A stretch of DNA of 64,000 nt from Candidatus Eiseniibacteriota bacterium (GCA_052390515.1 JBQTGV010000044.1:15619-79618); one strand, 5' to 3'; shown: positions 6,615 through 16,034, counted from the stretch's first letter. Numbers and translations: made by a program. Notes: generated from the letters alone by a model not told the origin.

Positions 6615-9497
6615 TCACCGCGTCGCCACCGGCCCGAGGTAGCGGTCCAGCCAGTCGAGGGTCTCGCGCACCACGTCGGGCCACGGCGGCACGTGGCCGC
6701 TGTCCAGGACCACGTGGCGCTTGTTCGCCGCCGGCGTTCCCAGCATGCGGAACAGCGGCTGCTGGTTGGTCTCGAACGGCGAGGCGAAATCGTAGCGGCC
6801 GTTGATCATCAGGACCGGGACGCGCACGCGCGGGGCGTAGTTGAACCCGTGCACCTCTTCCGGCGCCGACTCGTCCAGCCCTGCGGCGACGAGCACCAGG
6901 GTGCGCAGCCGGGGCTCCACCGCACCGACGATCGTTCCCTCTTCCGCGCCCATGCTGAGGCCATAGAACGCGATTCGCGTGCGGTCGATGTCGCTCCGAC
7001 TCTCGAGGTAGTCGATTCCGCGTCGCACGTCCAACGCGCGCTGCGTGACCACCTCGCGGAGGAAGCTGGGTCCAACGGCGTCCCGCTTGCGCCGGTGGTA
7101 GGTCTGCTGATAGGCGGGGAACAGGACCGCCCGCCCGCTCCGGACCAGGAATCCGAAATCGCGCTGACCCACTTGGTCGATCGATAAGAGCCACCGGGCA
7201 CTCCCTGGAGGAAAGTAGACGACGGTCTGGTAGGGGGGCGCCGCGTTCTTGGGCAGGAGCAGCCACGCCGGGATGCGCTCGTCGCCATAAGCCGCGGTGA
7301 AGCTGACCTTCTCGGCGCGCCAGAGCGGGGACCGGTCGTCCACCGAGTCCACCTGCGCGCCCAGCTCACCGCGGTCGTAGTCGAACATCCGCCGGTAGAT
7401 CTCGAAGATCCGATCGTCCACCGGTTGCAGACTCGAGAAGTCTCGCACCGGATCCTGGATCTCGCCGAAGCACTCATCGGAAGGGGGCTGCTCGTAAACG
7501 GCGCAGCGCAGGCCCAGGATCGGACCCCGGTCCATGGGATCGAGCGCGTCCGGCCCCGTATACAAGTACGTCGGATCGCTCCAGGCTCCGCCCAGCGTGT
7601 AGCGCCGGTCCCCGTCGGCGTTCCAGGCCCACTCGCGCACGTTGCCGGCCATGTCGTAGTTCCCGAACGCGGTGAGGCTGGGTTGGGCCTCGACGGGGCG
7701 CGGACCCTGGTCGCCGAAATTGCTGAAGCGTAGCAGGTCGGAGAAGATCGACAGGTCGGCCGCGCGGTACCAGTGATGGACGGTCGGCAGGCTCTTGCCG
7801 GCGAACTCGGCGTAGGCCGCCGCTTCGTACCAGCTCACACCGGACACCGGATGGTCTGCGTGCTCCGCGGGAAAGCTGCCCAGCTCCCAGGTCGAAGGCC
7901 CGGGCCGGCCGGTCCGGTCGCGGAACCGCGACATCGCCTCCTCGAAGGACAGAGACTCTCCGTGACTGGCGAAGGGGTGCTTCCACAGCTCGCGGCGTCG
8001 ATACCCGCCGGCGTTCACGAACGCCGCGAACTCTCGGTTGGTGACCTCGTGGCGGTCGAGCCAGTAGTCGCCGAGCACGACCGGTGGTGCCCCCCGGAAC
8101 TGGAAGGAACCTCCGGGAACGCGCACCATGTCGGCGGGTGCCGCGGCGACCGGGGTCAGGCGTACCGGAGCCTGCAGGGCCAGTCTCGACGGAGAGAAGG
8201 CCAACTCCACCGGTGCAAAGCCCGACTTCGCGAGATGGAAGCGCAACAGTGCGAACGGCAACTGCACGCCCTCGAGGGGCGTCATCCCCAGCTCTCTCCA
8301 CGCCGCGTCGGGCTCCGAGTACGGCTTGAAGGAGACCTGCGCACCGGCGGGCTCGCTGAGTAGGGTCAAAGGCGCGATCGTGATGTCGAGCCACGCCCTC
8401 TCGAAGACCGGATCGCCAGCCAGCAGGGGCTGTGCCTTCTCGGCCAGCCGGAATGCGCCGAGGCGGTCGTCCGCCTCGATCAGACGCTGGATCTCGGGCA
8501 GTGCCTCGCGCCTGGCCCAGCGTTCCTGCGCGCCCCGGTGCCACGTCCACACACCGAGCGCGGCGAGCGAGATCACCAGCAGCGCAAGGAGGGTGAGCCC
8601 CGCTGGACTGCGCAGACGTCTCGCCCACGCGGGCAGCCGGTCGGGCGTGGCGCAAGCCTCGAGGTCCGCGAGAAGCGCCACCGCCGAGGCGTAGCGCTCC
8701 GCCGGATCCTTCGCGAGACAGCGGGTCACGATCGCCTCGAGGCGTGGATCTATCTCGGGCCTCGCGCGCCGCAATGGTGTCGGCGCGGCGTTCAGGATCG
8801 CAGCCAGCAGAGCGACACCAGTGTCCCCCTCGAACGGCCGTCGGCCCGCGATCATCTCGTGGAGCGTCACTCCGAACGAAAAGACATCCGAGCGCGCGTC
8901 GACCGTGCGGCCGGTGGCTTGCTCGGGAGACATGTAGGCGGGGGTCCCGACGATCGTGTGCTCTGCGGTCGTGAGCGGGACGCTGATCGTGCTGGTCGTC
9001 GACTCCGTCCCGGGCTCGACGGACGGCGGGCGGCGGGCGAGTCCGAAGTCGAGCACCTTCACCACACCGCTGCGCGTGATCATCACGTTGGCGGGCTTGA
9101 GGTCGCGATGCACCACGCCGGCCGCGTGGGCCGCCGCCAGGCCGCGGGCCACGTCCACCGCGATCCGCAGCGCCTCGGCGAGGGGCAGCGGTCCGCGCGC
9201 GACGCGCTCGCGCAGACTCTCCCCGTCGAGACATTCCATCGCGATCCAGGTGCCGCGGCTGTCGTCTTCGCCAACGTCGTAGACCGTGACGATGTTGGGA
9301 TGGTTGAGCGACGAAAGGGTTCGCGCCTCCTGCACAAGACGCTGCGTACGCTGGGACTCGGCCACCGCGTCGGGGCGCAGCAGCTTGATGGCCACCGTCC
9401 GGCCCAGGCGCGGGTCGCGGGCACGGTAGAGCACGCCCATGCCGCCCTCACCGAGCTTGTCGGTGATCTCGAAACGACCGACGGTCTCTCCGAGCAT
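6615..9497 (-). CDS. Multidomain Ser/Thr kinase - TM - FGE-sulfatase (SUMF1-like) domain - alpha/beta-hydrolase (S9/DLH-like) domain
   Basis: N-terminal kinase motifs are present (GEGGMGVLY, HRDLKPAN, DFG, GTPAYMSPEQ), followed by a TM helix LLALLVISLAALGVW. The middle region is FGE-like (HEVTNREFAAFV...GGAWSDP). The C-terminal region is an alpha/beta hydrolase (GLSMGAEEG nucleophile elbow; ...DSGHVPP). Confidence 0.8.
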   Translation of the reverse strand: MLGETVGRFEITDKLGEGGMGVLYRARDPRLGRTVAIKLLRPDAVAESQRTQRLVQEARTLSSLNHPNIVTVYDVGEDDSRGTWIAMECLDGESLRERVARGPLPLAEALRIAVDVARGLAAAHAAGVVHRDLKPANVMITRSGVVKVLDFGLARRPPSVEPGTESTTSTISVPLTTAEHTIVGTPAYMSPEQATGRTVDARSDVFSFGVTLHEMIAGRRPFEGDTGVALLAAILNAAPTPLRRARPEIDPRLEAIVTRCLAKDPAERYASAVALLADLEACATPDRLPAWARRLRSPAGLTLLALLVISLAALGVWTWHRGAQERWARREALPEIQRLIEADDRLGAFRLAEKAQPLLAGDPVFERAWLDITIAPLTLLSEPAGAQVSFKPYSEPDAAWRELGMTPLEGVQLPFALLRFHLAKSGFAPVELAFSPSRLALQAPVRLTPVAAAPADMVRVPGGSFQFRGAPPVVLGDYWLDRHEVTNREFAAFVNAGGYRRRELWKHPFASHGESLSFEEAMSRFRDRTGRPGPSTWELGSFPAEHADHPVSGVSWYEAAAYAEFAGKSLPTVHHWYRAADLSIFSDLLRFSNFGDQGPRPVEAQPSLTAFGNYDMAGNVREWAWNADGDRRYTLGGAWSDPTYLYTGPDALDPMDRGPILGLRCAVYEQPPSDECFGEIQDPVRDFSSLQPVDDRIFEIYRRMFDYDRGELGAQVDSVDDRSPLWRAEKVSFTAAYGDERIPAWLLLPKNAAPPYQTVVYFPPGSARWLLSIDQVGQRDFGFLVRSGRAVLFPAYQQTYHRRKRDAVGPSFLREVVTQRALDVRRGIDYLESRSDIDRTRIAFYGLSMGAEEGTIVGAVEPRLRTLVLVAAGLDESAPEEVHGFNYAPRVRVPVLMINGRYDFASPFETNQQPLFRMLGTPAANKRHVVLDSGHVPPWPDVVRETLDWLDRYLGPVATR

Positions 9498-9686
9498 CGG
9501 CTGCCTCTCGGTGGTTGAGCCGTCACGCTACGGTGCTCATTCAATCCAGGTCAAGGCTGGGGCGACTCAGTCGCGCGCTCTCGCGAGCGGCGGTGGTGCT
9601 CGCGGCCTAAGCGTGGCGGCGGCCCGGTCGGGCTGGTGTACAATCCGCGCGGTCGCCGCCCCGGCGCCCGTGCCTCGGAGCCGCCC

Positions 9687-12551
9687 ATGGCCGACGAACA
9701 CTGGGATCGCGTCCGCGCGCTCTTCGAGCAGGTCCTGGAGCTGCGGGAGTCCGAGCGCACCGCGTTCCTGGACCGCGAGCTCGCCGGCGAGCCGGCGGTA
9801 CGCGCTGACCTCGTGTCTCTCCTCTCCGCGGGTCAGGCGAGCACCGAGTTCCTGGCCGGCGACTCCACCGGGGACCACGGATCGATCGGGCCGTATCGCC
9901 TCGTCAAGGTGATCGGCGAGGGCGGCTTCGGCGTGGTGTACCTCGCAGAGCAAGAGCGCCCGCTCCGCCGCCGCGTGGCGCTCAAGCTGATCAAGCGCGG
10001 GATGGACACGAAGCAGGTGATCGCGCGCTTCGAGGCGGAGCGGCAGGCGTTGGCGATGATGGACCACCCCGGAATCGCGCAAGTCTTCGACGCCGGCGAG
10101 ACCGAGATGGGGCGGCCCTACTTCGTCATGGAGTACGTGCCGGGCGTTCCCATCACGAGGTTCTGCGACGAGCAACGCCTCACCCTCCGAGACCGTCTGT
10201 CGCTGCTCGCGAACGTGTGCGACGCGGTGCAGCACGCGCACCAGAAGGGTGTGATCCACCGCGACATCAAACCGACGAACGTGGTGGTCGCGCGGCGCGA
10301 CGGAGTGGTCACACCCAAGGTGATCGACTTCGGCATCGCCAAGGCGACCACGGGCTTCCGCGGCGGGACCCTGATGACTCAGGAAGGGGCGATCGTCGGC
10401 ACGCTCGGGTACATGAGTCCGGAGCAGGCCGGCGCTCTGGACGCGCCGGTGGACACCCGTTCGGACATTTACTCGCTGGGGGTGATGCTCTACGAGCTGC
10501 TGATCGGGGCGCTGCCCTTCGACGACGGTCGCCTTCGTCAAGGCGCGCTGTCGGATGCGCTTCGCGTGATCCGGGAGGAGGATCCGCCGGCGCTGACCGT
10601 GCGGCTCGCACGCAGCGGCGGGGACGTGGCGAAGGTCGCGGAGCGGCGCTCCACGGACGCGCGCCGCCTGCTGCGGGACCTGAAGGGCGAGCTGCAGTGG
10701 ATCACGTTGCGCGCGCTGGAGAAGGATCCGGAGCGGCGCTATTCCTCGGCGGCGGAGTTCGCGGCGGACATTCGCCGGCATCTGACCGACGAGCCGGTGC
10801 TCGCCGGGGCGCCGACCGCCACCTACCGCATCCGGAAGTTCGTGCGTCGCCACCGCGGCGGGGTGGCCGCGGCGACACTGGTGCTCGCCGCGATCCTCGC
10901 CGGCGGCATCGCCTCGACCGTCAGCCTCACGCGCGCCGTCCGCGCCGAGCGCGAAACCCGACTCGAAGCGGAGTCTGCTCGACAGGTCGCAGACTTCCTG
11001 GTCGGCCTTTTCAGCGCGTCCACTCCAGACCGCGCGCGGGGCGCGGTCATCACCGCCCAGACGCTGCTCGAAGAGGGGACGCGGCGCATTCGAGACACGG
11101 TGACGGAGGATCCGCGGGTGCGTGCGCGGCTCTTGACGACGTTGGGGCACGCGAACGTGAACCTCGCTCAGTACGACCAGGGCATCGCTCTCCTGCGCGA
11201 GGCGCTGGCGGTGACCGACTCGAGCGCGTCGTCGGAACCGGTGGAGGTCGTCACTCAGCTCTACGCGCTGGCCACCGGCTTGCTGACATCCGGCCGGGGT
11301 GCCGACGACGAAACCGGCGCGACTCTGGACCGCGCGCTGGCGATCTTGCGTGATTCCGGCGCGGACCGGCCCGACCTGCTGTCGGCCTGTCTGCGCGGAA
11401 AGGGGTCGTGGTTCAACGAACGCGGCGAACTGGCGCCTGCCGAGTCGCTGCTCACGCTGGCCATCCGCACGGCGGAGTCGGTCTCCCCTCCGGATACCGC
11501 GAAGCTCGTCCGCATGTACAGCACGCGGGCGAACATCGCGCACCGGCAGTTCCACCTCGAGGACGCGGAGCGCCATTACTTGCACGCGCTCGAACTGGCG
11601 GAGAAGAGCGGGCAGCCGAGCTGGTCGATCAGCATGCACCGGCGGCTGGCCTCGGTCTACGGCGCGCTCGGCGATCCGGAGAAGGCGATTCGACACGCCG
11701 AAGAGGGAGTGCGGCTCGCACGGCAGATCTATTCGCCCGACCATCCCAACCTGGCTGACGCGCTGAGCGGCCTCGCGTCGGCACTCGCCTCGAAGGGTGA
11801 TGACTCGCAAGCGATCACCGTGAGCGAGGAGGTCGTCCGCATCACGCGCCAGAGCGGGAGATCGTTCGACCTCGCGCTGGAGCTGAACAGCCTGGGGCTT
11901 CTGTACCGCAGCAGCGACCAGCCGGAGCGGGCCGTGGCCTGCGCCGAGGAATCCTGGCGAATTCGCAACGAGACCCTCGGCGCGGGAAACGCGCGGACGG
12001 CGGAGTCGCTGGCCAACCTGGCGCGGAGCCTGTTCGCGGCGGGACAGACCGCGCGCGCGGACTCTTCGTTCCAGGCGGCCATCGCGGTGTTCGATCGGCT
12101 GGACGCGACGGGAGTGTTCACCGCGGTGGCCTACGCGAGCTTCGCGAACCTTTGTCGCGACACGAAGCGCCTCGCCCGCGCCGATACACTCTACGCTCAC
12201 GCCCAGGCCCTATTGGACTCCACGAATGCCGGGCTCCGACCCTACGCGGGCGAGTGCCTCATGGACCACGGGTACCTCCGCTCGCTGCAGGGTCGCCACG
12301 CGGAGGCGGAGGCCATGATCGCCGCCGGCTTCCCGTTGCGGCGAGGGGAGACGGCGGAGACGGATCCGGGGCTCGGACAGTGGTACCTGATCTGGGCCGC
12401 CTCGCGCGCAGCCGCCGGCGACGTGGACGGGGCCCTCGGAAAACTCCGGGAAGCGGCCCGCTGCGGTGTCACCTCGGAGGATGCGGAGACGCTCTCGGAG
12501 CTGGCCGCGCTCCGCTCCCGCGCCGACTATCCGCTGGAAGACTCCCGCTGA
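9687..12551 (+). CDS. Ser/Thr protein kinase with TM and TPR domain (module 2 paralog)
   Basis: It has the same architecture and the same N-terminal 'W.RV.ALF...ER.AFLDRE...LRA.L..LL' extension as the other paralogs. HRDIKPTN, DFG and GTLGYMSPEQ are present. Confidence 0.85.
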   Translation: MADEHWDRVRALFEQVLELRESERTAFLDRELAGEPAVRADLVSLLSAGQASTEFLAGDSTGDHGSIGPYRLVKVIGEGGFGVVYLAEQERPLRRRVALKLIKRGMDTKQVIARFEAERQALAMMDHPGIAQVFDAGETEMGRPYFVMEYVPGVPITRFCDEQRLTLRDRLSLLANVCDAVQHAHQKGVIHRDIKPTNVVVARRDGVVTPKVIDFGIAKATTGFRGGTLMTQEGAIVGTLGYMSPEQAGALDAPVDTRSDIYSLGVMLYELLIGALPFDDGRLRQGALSDALRVIREEDPPALTVRLARSGGDVAKVAERRSTDARRLLRDLKGELQWITLRALEKDPERRYSSAAEFAADIRRHLTDEPVLAGAPTATYRIRKFVRRHRGGVAAATLVLAAILAGGIASTVSLTRAVRAERETRLEAESARQVADFLVGLFSASTPDRARGAVITAQTLLEEGTRRIRDTVTEDPRVRARLLTTLGHANVNLAQYDQGIALLREALAVTDSSASSEPVEVVTQLYALATGLLTSGRGADDETGATLDRALAILRDSGADRPDLLSACLRGKGSWFNERGELAPAESLLTLAIRTAESVSPPDTAKLVRMYSTRANIAHRQFHLEDAERHYLHALELAEKSGQPSWSISMHRRLASVYGALGDPEKAIRHAEEGVRLARQIYSPDHPNLADALSGLASALASKGDDSQAITVSEEVVRITRQSGRSFDLALELNSLGLLYRSSDQPERAVACAEESWRIRNETLGAGNARTAESLANLARSLFAAGQTARADSSFQAAIAVFDRLDATGVFTAVAYASFANLCRDTKRLARADTLYAHAQALLDSTNAGLRPYAGECLMDHGYLRSLQGRHAEAEAMIAAGFPLRRGETAETDPGLGQWYLIWAASRAAAGDVDGALGKLREAARCGVTSEDAETLSELAALRSRADYPLEDSR

Positions 12552-13018
12552 CTCCTGGCCAGCCACCACTCGCGGAATTCGCGGAGCCGCGGCAGCGATT
12601 CTCGATCCTTGACTCGCCCCGTGGCCTCCTTGCTCCGGATGATGTCGTCGATGTGGCAGACCGGCAGCCCCTCCACCACCACCGACCGGGCGAGCGCGTC
12701 TGCGAAGGACTCGATTCCGTCCGGGGCGAACACCAAGTCCAGATCGAACGGTCCCTGGCGAAGCTGGACGAAGTCTTTGCCGCGCTCGATTTCGGCCCGC
12801 TCGCGCTCGTTCAGCTCGAAGCCCAGCGCACCGAGCGCGCGGACCGCTGCCGCTCCATTCGGCGGCGTCTTGTCGAGATAGAGGTCGGCGTCCTGGGTCG
12901 TGTCCGGGAATCCGAGTATGACGGCACCCGCCTTGCCGATGAACAGGTAGCGAACACCGAAGCGCCCGAACGCGGAAGCGATCTCCTGCGCCTGCCGGTA
13001 CTCAAACCGCGCGGCCAT
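12527..13018 (-). CDS. Hypothetical nucleotidyltransferase-like protein whose C-terminal ~20 aa resemble the ECF-sigma C-terminal tail (possible sigma gene remnant fusion)
   Basis: The C-terminal 'EFREWWLARSQRESSSG' can be compared with the sigma 'LRDWAFARAWLYGELSGG'. It occupies the same 25-nt convergent overlap with the kinase 3' end that the sigma genes occupy. Confidence 0.4.
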   Translation of the reverse strand: MAARFEYRQAQEIASAFGRFGVRYLFIGKAGAVILGFPDTTQDADLYLDKTPPNGAAAVRALGALGFELNERERAEIERGKDFVQLRQGPFDLDLVFAPDGIESFADALARSVVVEGLPVCHIDDIIRSKEATGRVKDRESLPRLREFREWWLARSQRESSSG

Positions 13019-13220
13019 ATCCGAGCCAGACCGGCAAGTTCTCCTCGCACCATCGGCGGTAATCGGCCATGGTGTCGAACGAGCGGTACCTCGCGTCGTC
13101 GAGAACGGGCTTGTAGGTGCGGATGAACGCGTACTTCAGCCGCAGATCCAGCGGGCGCCGCGCAGCCGCCTCGAAGTCCTGAGTCCACTCGCGCCTCACG
13201 GACGCCGGTATCTCATCCAT
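13002..13220 (-). CDS. Small hypothetical protein (72 aa), co-oriented and overlapping with the downstream NTase-like ORF
   Basis: An ORF with an internal ATG at 13220 overlaps the next gene by ~17 nt, so the two are likely a two-gene operon. No recognisable motifs were found. Confidence 0.3.
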   Translation of the reverse strand: MDEIPASVRREWTQDFEAAARRPLDLRLKYAFIRTYKPVLDDARYRSFDTMADYRRWCEENLPVWLGYGRAV

Positions 13221-13473
13221 GCGTTCAACATAGCATCCCGTTGCGGGGTGAGCCACGACCGCCGAGCTTCGGGCTGTGGCGTTGTGAGCCACCTCCGCGA
13301 CATCGAGCGACAGCTTGGGCTGCGCGACGGCCCGGAGCCCGTCGTAGACCTGGGCGATGAAGGCGTCGGAACTCCCCGGAGGGGTGCCGGAGGCGTGAAC
13401 AGGGGGCTCGCCGCGGGAATCGAGCCCGGATGGGAACGGGCCGCTGCCGTGGCTCGACGGGAGCTTCCGGCAA

Positions 13474-13501
13474 GGGGACGCATGTCACGTGGCGGCCCAC
13501 T
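13474..13501 (+). promoter_or_regulatory. Seventh copy of the TGTCAC-N17-CGCAC motif, immediately followed by a 13-nt remnant (CACAACCAGAACC) of a peptide-gene 3' end
   Basis: The spacing is exactly 17 nt. 'cacaaccagaacc' is identical to the NHNQN-coding segment of peptide gene 2. No intact peptide ORF follows. Confidence 0.4.
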
Positions 13502-13589
13502 CCGGCGCACAACCAGAACCGGGTCGGGGCAGCAGGTCATGGTGATCTCCTCAGACCCTCGAAGGGAGAAACGGACGATGGTCACCCTG

Positions 13590-14002
13590 CTGACGCTACC
13601 TGGAACACGTTCCCCACGGCAAACGGCGACGCGGCGGACGTGGTGCTGGGCTCCGGCAGCTTCGACACCGCCGGTTCGCCCACGCCTTCGGCGACCAGCA
13701 TCGCCTACCCGATGGGCGTCGCCTCCGACGGCACCAGCCTGTTCGTCTCGGACGCCGTCCTGAACCGCGTGCTGATCTTCGCGCCGTTCCCGACCACGAA
13801 CGGAGCAGCGGCCGCCATCGTGCTCGGGCAGAGCAGCTTCGCCAACTCCGCGGGCAACGATCCGAACCAGGACGGCGTCCGCGACGCCGGCCCGACTGCG
13901 CGGACCTTTCTCAGCCCCACCGACGTCAAGATCATCGACGATCGCCTCTTCGTGGCGGACATGGACAACAATCGCGTGCTGGTGTTCGCCCCGAGCCTCT
14001 GA
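13590..14002 (+). pseudogene. Truncated C-terminal fragment (~135 aa) of an NHL-repeat lipoprotein paralog
   Basis: It aligns with the C-terminal third of the 25262..26473 and 33995..35209 proteins (TWNTFPTANGDAADVVLG...NRVLIFAPFPTTNGAAA...NRVLVF). It has no N-terminal signal or lipobox and no in-frame plausible start. The upstream part of the ORF is non-homologous. Confidence 0.5.
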
Positions 14003-14101
14003 TCGAGGGGACCGACGGCGGCGCGGCGGCCATCTGACGAGTGGTTCCGCGCTCGCCGGCCACGCTCCCCCCGGACCATCCGCTGATGGACTCGCTGTGA
14101 G

Positions 14102-14830
14102 TCAGGCGAGCACGACGCGATGGGCTTCCCGCACGAAGAAGCGCGTGCACTCCTCCCAGCGGAAGGGCACCAACGTGGCGACCTGCGGCTCCTGTTCGGC
14201 GTCCTCGAAGTACGTCAGGCTCTTGAGGACGTGGTACGTGTTGACCCGTCCCTCGCCGTACTTGCGGGGAAGCAGGGCGAAGTAGTCCGCGAGCGGCGCG
14301 CCGCCCTGGAGGATGAACCAGAGGTCCACGAAGTCCTTGCGGCTTCCCCGGCCGGAGACCGCCACGAGCTTCATCAGGGCGATGTCGGTCAGGTCCGCGA
14401 CGCGGAACCGGCGGTACTCCCCCGGCACGCGCAGCAGCGGCTCCGGCACCACGAAGAACGACAGCTTGACGCCGAGGACGAGCGCGGTCAGGTCTCTCTC
14501 GCTCTTGCGAAGCAGCTCGAACGGGCCGAGCGCGGCGAGCCGCCGCTCGAGCTCGGCAACGTCGGCTGCATCAGTTCGGAAGAAGTCGAAGTCCTCGGAC
14601 CGGCGATGGCCGATCTGCAGCGCGAGTCCGGTTCCGCCGGCGAGCACCCAGTCTTCCAGCAGCGCGGGGTCCGCCGCGTCTACGACATCCAGCAGCCGTC
14701 GGCTTCCGTCCGGGAGAACCTTGGTGTGCACTTCCGTCCCTCCAGGCGCGCCATCGCTTCCCAGAACGCACGGGTTCTCGGCGACTCGAATCGAAGGCCG
14801 GAGACGACGTCGAGGAACCTGTCGCGCCCG
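14102..14830 (-). CDS. AbiEii/AbiGii-family nucleotidyltransferase toxin (type IV TA-like); 5' boundary uncertain
   Basis: The motifs 'LAGGTGLALQIGHRRSEDFDFF' and 'RKDFVDLWFIL' are characteristic of the AbiEii (DUF1814) NTase fold. It overlaps the upstream HTH gene in another frame. Confidence 0.55.
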   Translation of the reverse strand, partial: RARQVPRRRLRPSIRVAENPCVLGSDGAPGGTEVHTKVLPDGSRRLLDVVDAADPALLEDWVLAGGTGLALQIGHRRSEDFDFFRTDAADVAELERRLAALGPFELLRKSERDLTALVLGVKLSFFVVPEPLLRVPGEYRRFRVADLTDIALMKLVAVSGRGSRKDFVDLWFILQGGAPLADYFALLPRKYGEGRVNTYHVLKSLTYFEDAEQEPQVATLVPFRWEECTRFFVREAHRVVLA

Positions 14831-15207
14831 TAGTACCGCACCAGGGCCTGCACGTCGTCCAGCGATCCCAGGTCCAGCACCCGCCGGACGACCCATGCGG
14901 GGTAGCGCTCCGCGTCGGACGGCCGGAGGTTCCGATCCCAGAAGAGACGGCGAAGCCGGCGGGGAACCCGCCGGCGGATGCGCTGCCCGCGTGGAGTGCG
15001 GCCCGGCTCGAGGAAGCGAACATCCAGAAGGCACCCGAGCGCGGCCGCGAGCTTGCCCAGAGTGGCCACCTCGAATCGCCGCCAGCCGCTCTCGTACCGG
15101 TGGACCGTCGGTGGCGACGTTCCGGCGCGTCGAGCGAGATCCGCCAGGGACCAGCCTCGCTCCAGGCGAAGGCGCCGAATCTCGGGACCGATCTCGTCAG
15201 GACGCAT
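14680..15207 (-). CDS. HTH (XRE-family) DNA-binding protein, putative antitoxin/regulator partner of the AbiEii-like gene
   Basis: The HTH is 'IRRLRLERGWSLADLARRAGTSPPTVHRYESG'. It lies immediately upstream of, and co-oriented with, the NTase toxin-like gene. Confidence 0.5.
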   Translation of the reverse strand: MRPDEIGPEIRRLRLERGWSLADLARRAGTSPPTVHRYESGWRRFEVATLGKLAAALGCLLDVRFLEPGRTPRGQRIRRRVPRRLRRLFWDRNLRPSDAERYPAWVVRRVLDLGSLDDVQALVRYYGRDRFLDVVSGLRFESPRTRAFWEAMARLEGRKCTPRFSRTEADGCWMS

Positions 15208-15265
15208 GTTGCTATCATATGCGATAAACCACCCACGTCCAGGGCCCCCTGGGGTCGAGGGCGCC

Positions 15266-15835
15266 CTATCCGCCGGAAAGCTCACGGTAGAGCCAGGCCC
15301 GGGCGAAAGCCCAGTCCCGCAGCACGGTGCGGGGCGTGATTTCCAGCATCTCGGCCACCTCTTCGACGCTGAGCCCGGCGTAGAAGCGCAGCTTCACGAC
15401 CTTCGCCACCCGCTCCTCCCGGCCGGCCAGCCGATCGACCGCCTGGTCCAGAGCCAGGATGGTCTCGGGGTCGCGGTCGTCCGCCAGTGCGGCCACCTCG
15501 GCGATGTCCAGGGACAGCTTGGGCGCCGGCCGCCCTTCGGAATCCCCGCCGCGCTTCACCCGGCCGCGGGCCCGCGCCCGCTCGATGAGGATCCGGCGCA
15601 TGGCCTCGGCCGCCGCGGCGAAAAACTGGCTCCTGCTCAGCCAGGCGCTGTCGTCCCCAGGGCGAAGCCGGAGGTACGCCTCGTGCACCAGCTCCGTGGA
15701 CTGGAGGGACCGGCTGCTTTCTCCGCGCATCCGCGCGTGGGCGATCGCCCGGAGCTCGTCGTAGACCTGGGCGAAGAAGGCGTCGGACCCGCTTGGGGAG
15801 GGGACGGCAGGGCCGGCGGGGGGCTCGGTCGGCAT
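15266..15835 (-). CDS. ECF sigma factor, kinase-associated type (paralog 2)
   Basis: It has the same motifs as the other sigma paralogs (ELVHEAYLRL, DWAFARAWLYRELSGG). It is divergent from peptide gene 2 and kinase 3. Confidence 0.85.
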   Translation of the reverse strand: MPTEPPAGPAVPSPSGSDAFFAQVYDELRAIAHARMRGESSRSLQSTELVHEAYLRLRPGDDSAWLSRSQFFAAAAEAMRRILIERARARGRVKRGGDSEGRPAPKLSLDIAEVAALADDRDPETILALDQAVDRLAGREERVAKVVKLRFYAGLSVEEVAEMLEITPRTVLRDWAFARAWLYRELSGG

Positions 15836-15891
15836 CGGGGGCCATGGTACGCGGGCGGGACTCCCGGCTCAACGGGGCAACCGGCCCGGGG

Positions 15892-15919
15892 TGTCATGTG
15901 CCGGCCCGTTCCGGCGCAT
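15892..15919 (+). promoter_or_regulatory. TGTCAT-N17-CGCAT candidate ECF-type promoter (copy 2)
   Basis: The conserved bipartite motif lies 31 nt upstream of the peptide 2 ATG. Confidence 0.55.
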
Positions 15920-15950
15920 GGAGGGCTGTCACCCAGGAGGGGTTCCCCAG

Positions 15951-16034
15951 ATGCTCACGCTCTTCGTTCTCGTGCTCGAACTCGTCGCAGGCAGGCTCGT
16001 TGGAAACCACAACCAGAACCTGATCCGGGCGTAG
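15951..16034 (+). CDS. Small conserved peptide (27 aa) MLTLFVLVLELVAGRLVGNHNQNLIRA; family member 2
   Basis: GGAGG lies 10 nt upstream. It is a paralog of the other five peptides. Confidence 0.6.
   Translation: MLTLFVLVLELVAGRLVGNHNQNLIRA

Noticed and set aside
13430-13600. The N-terminal part of the listed ORF 13430..14002 (contains 'PAHNQNRV') as an intact peptide-family gene or as a genuine N-terminus of the NHL protein
   Set aside because: Only a 13-nt identity to peptide gene 2 survives. There is no LFxLxL core, no Shine-Dalgarno, and no signal peptide or lipobox. I interpret it as a remnant, which is reported as a finding, not as a gene.
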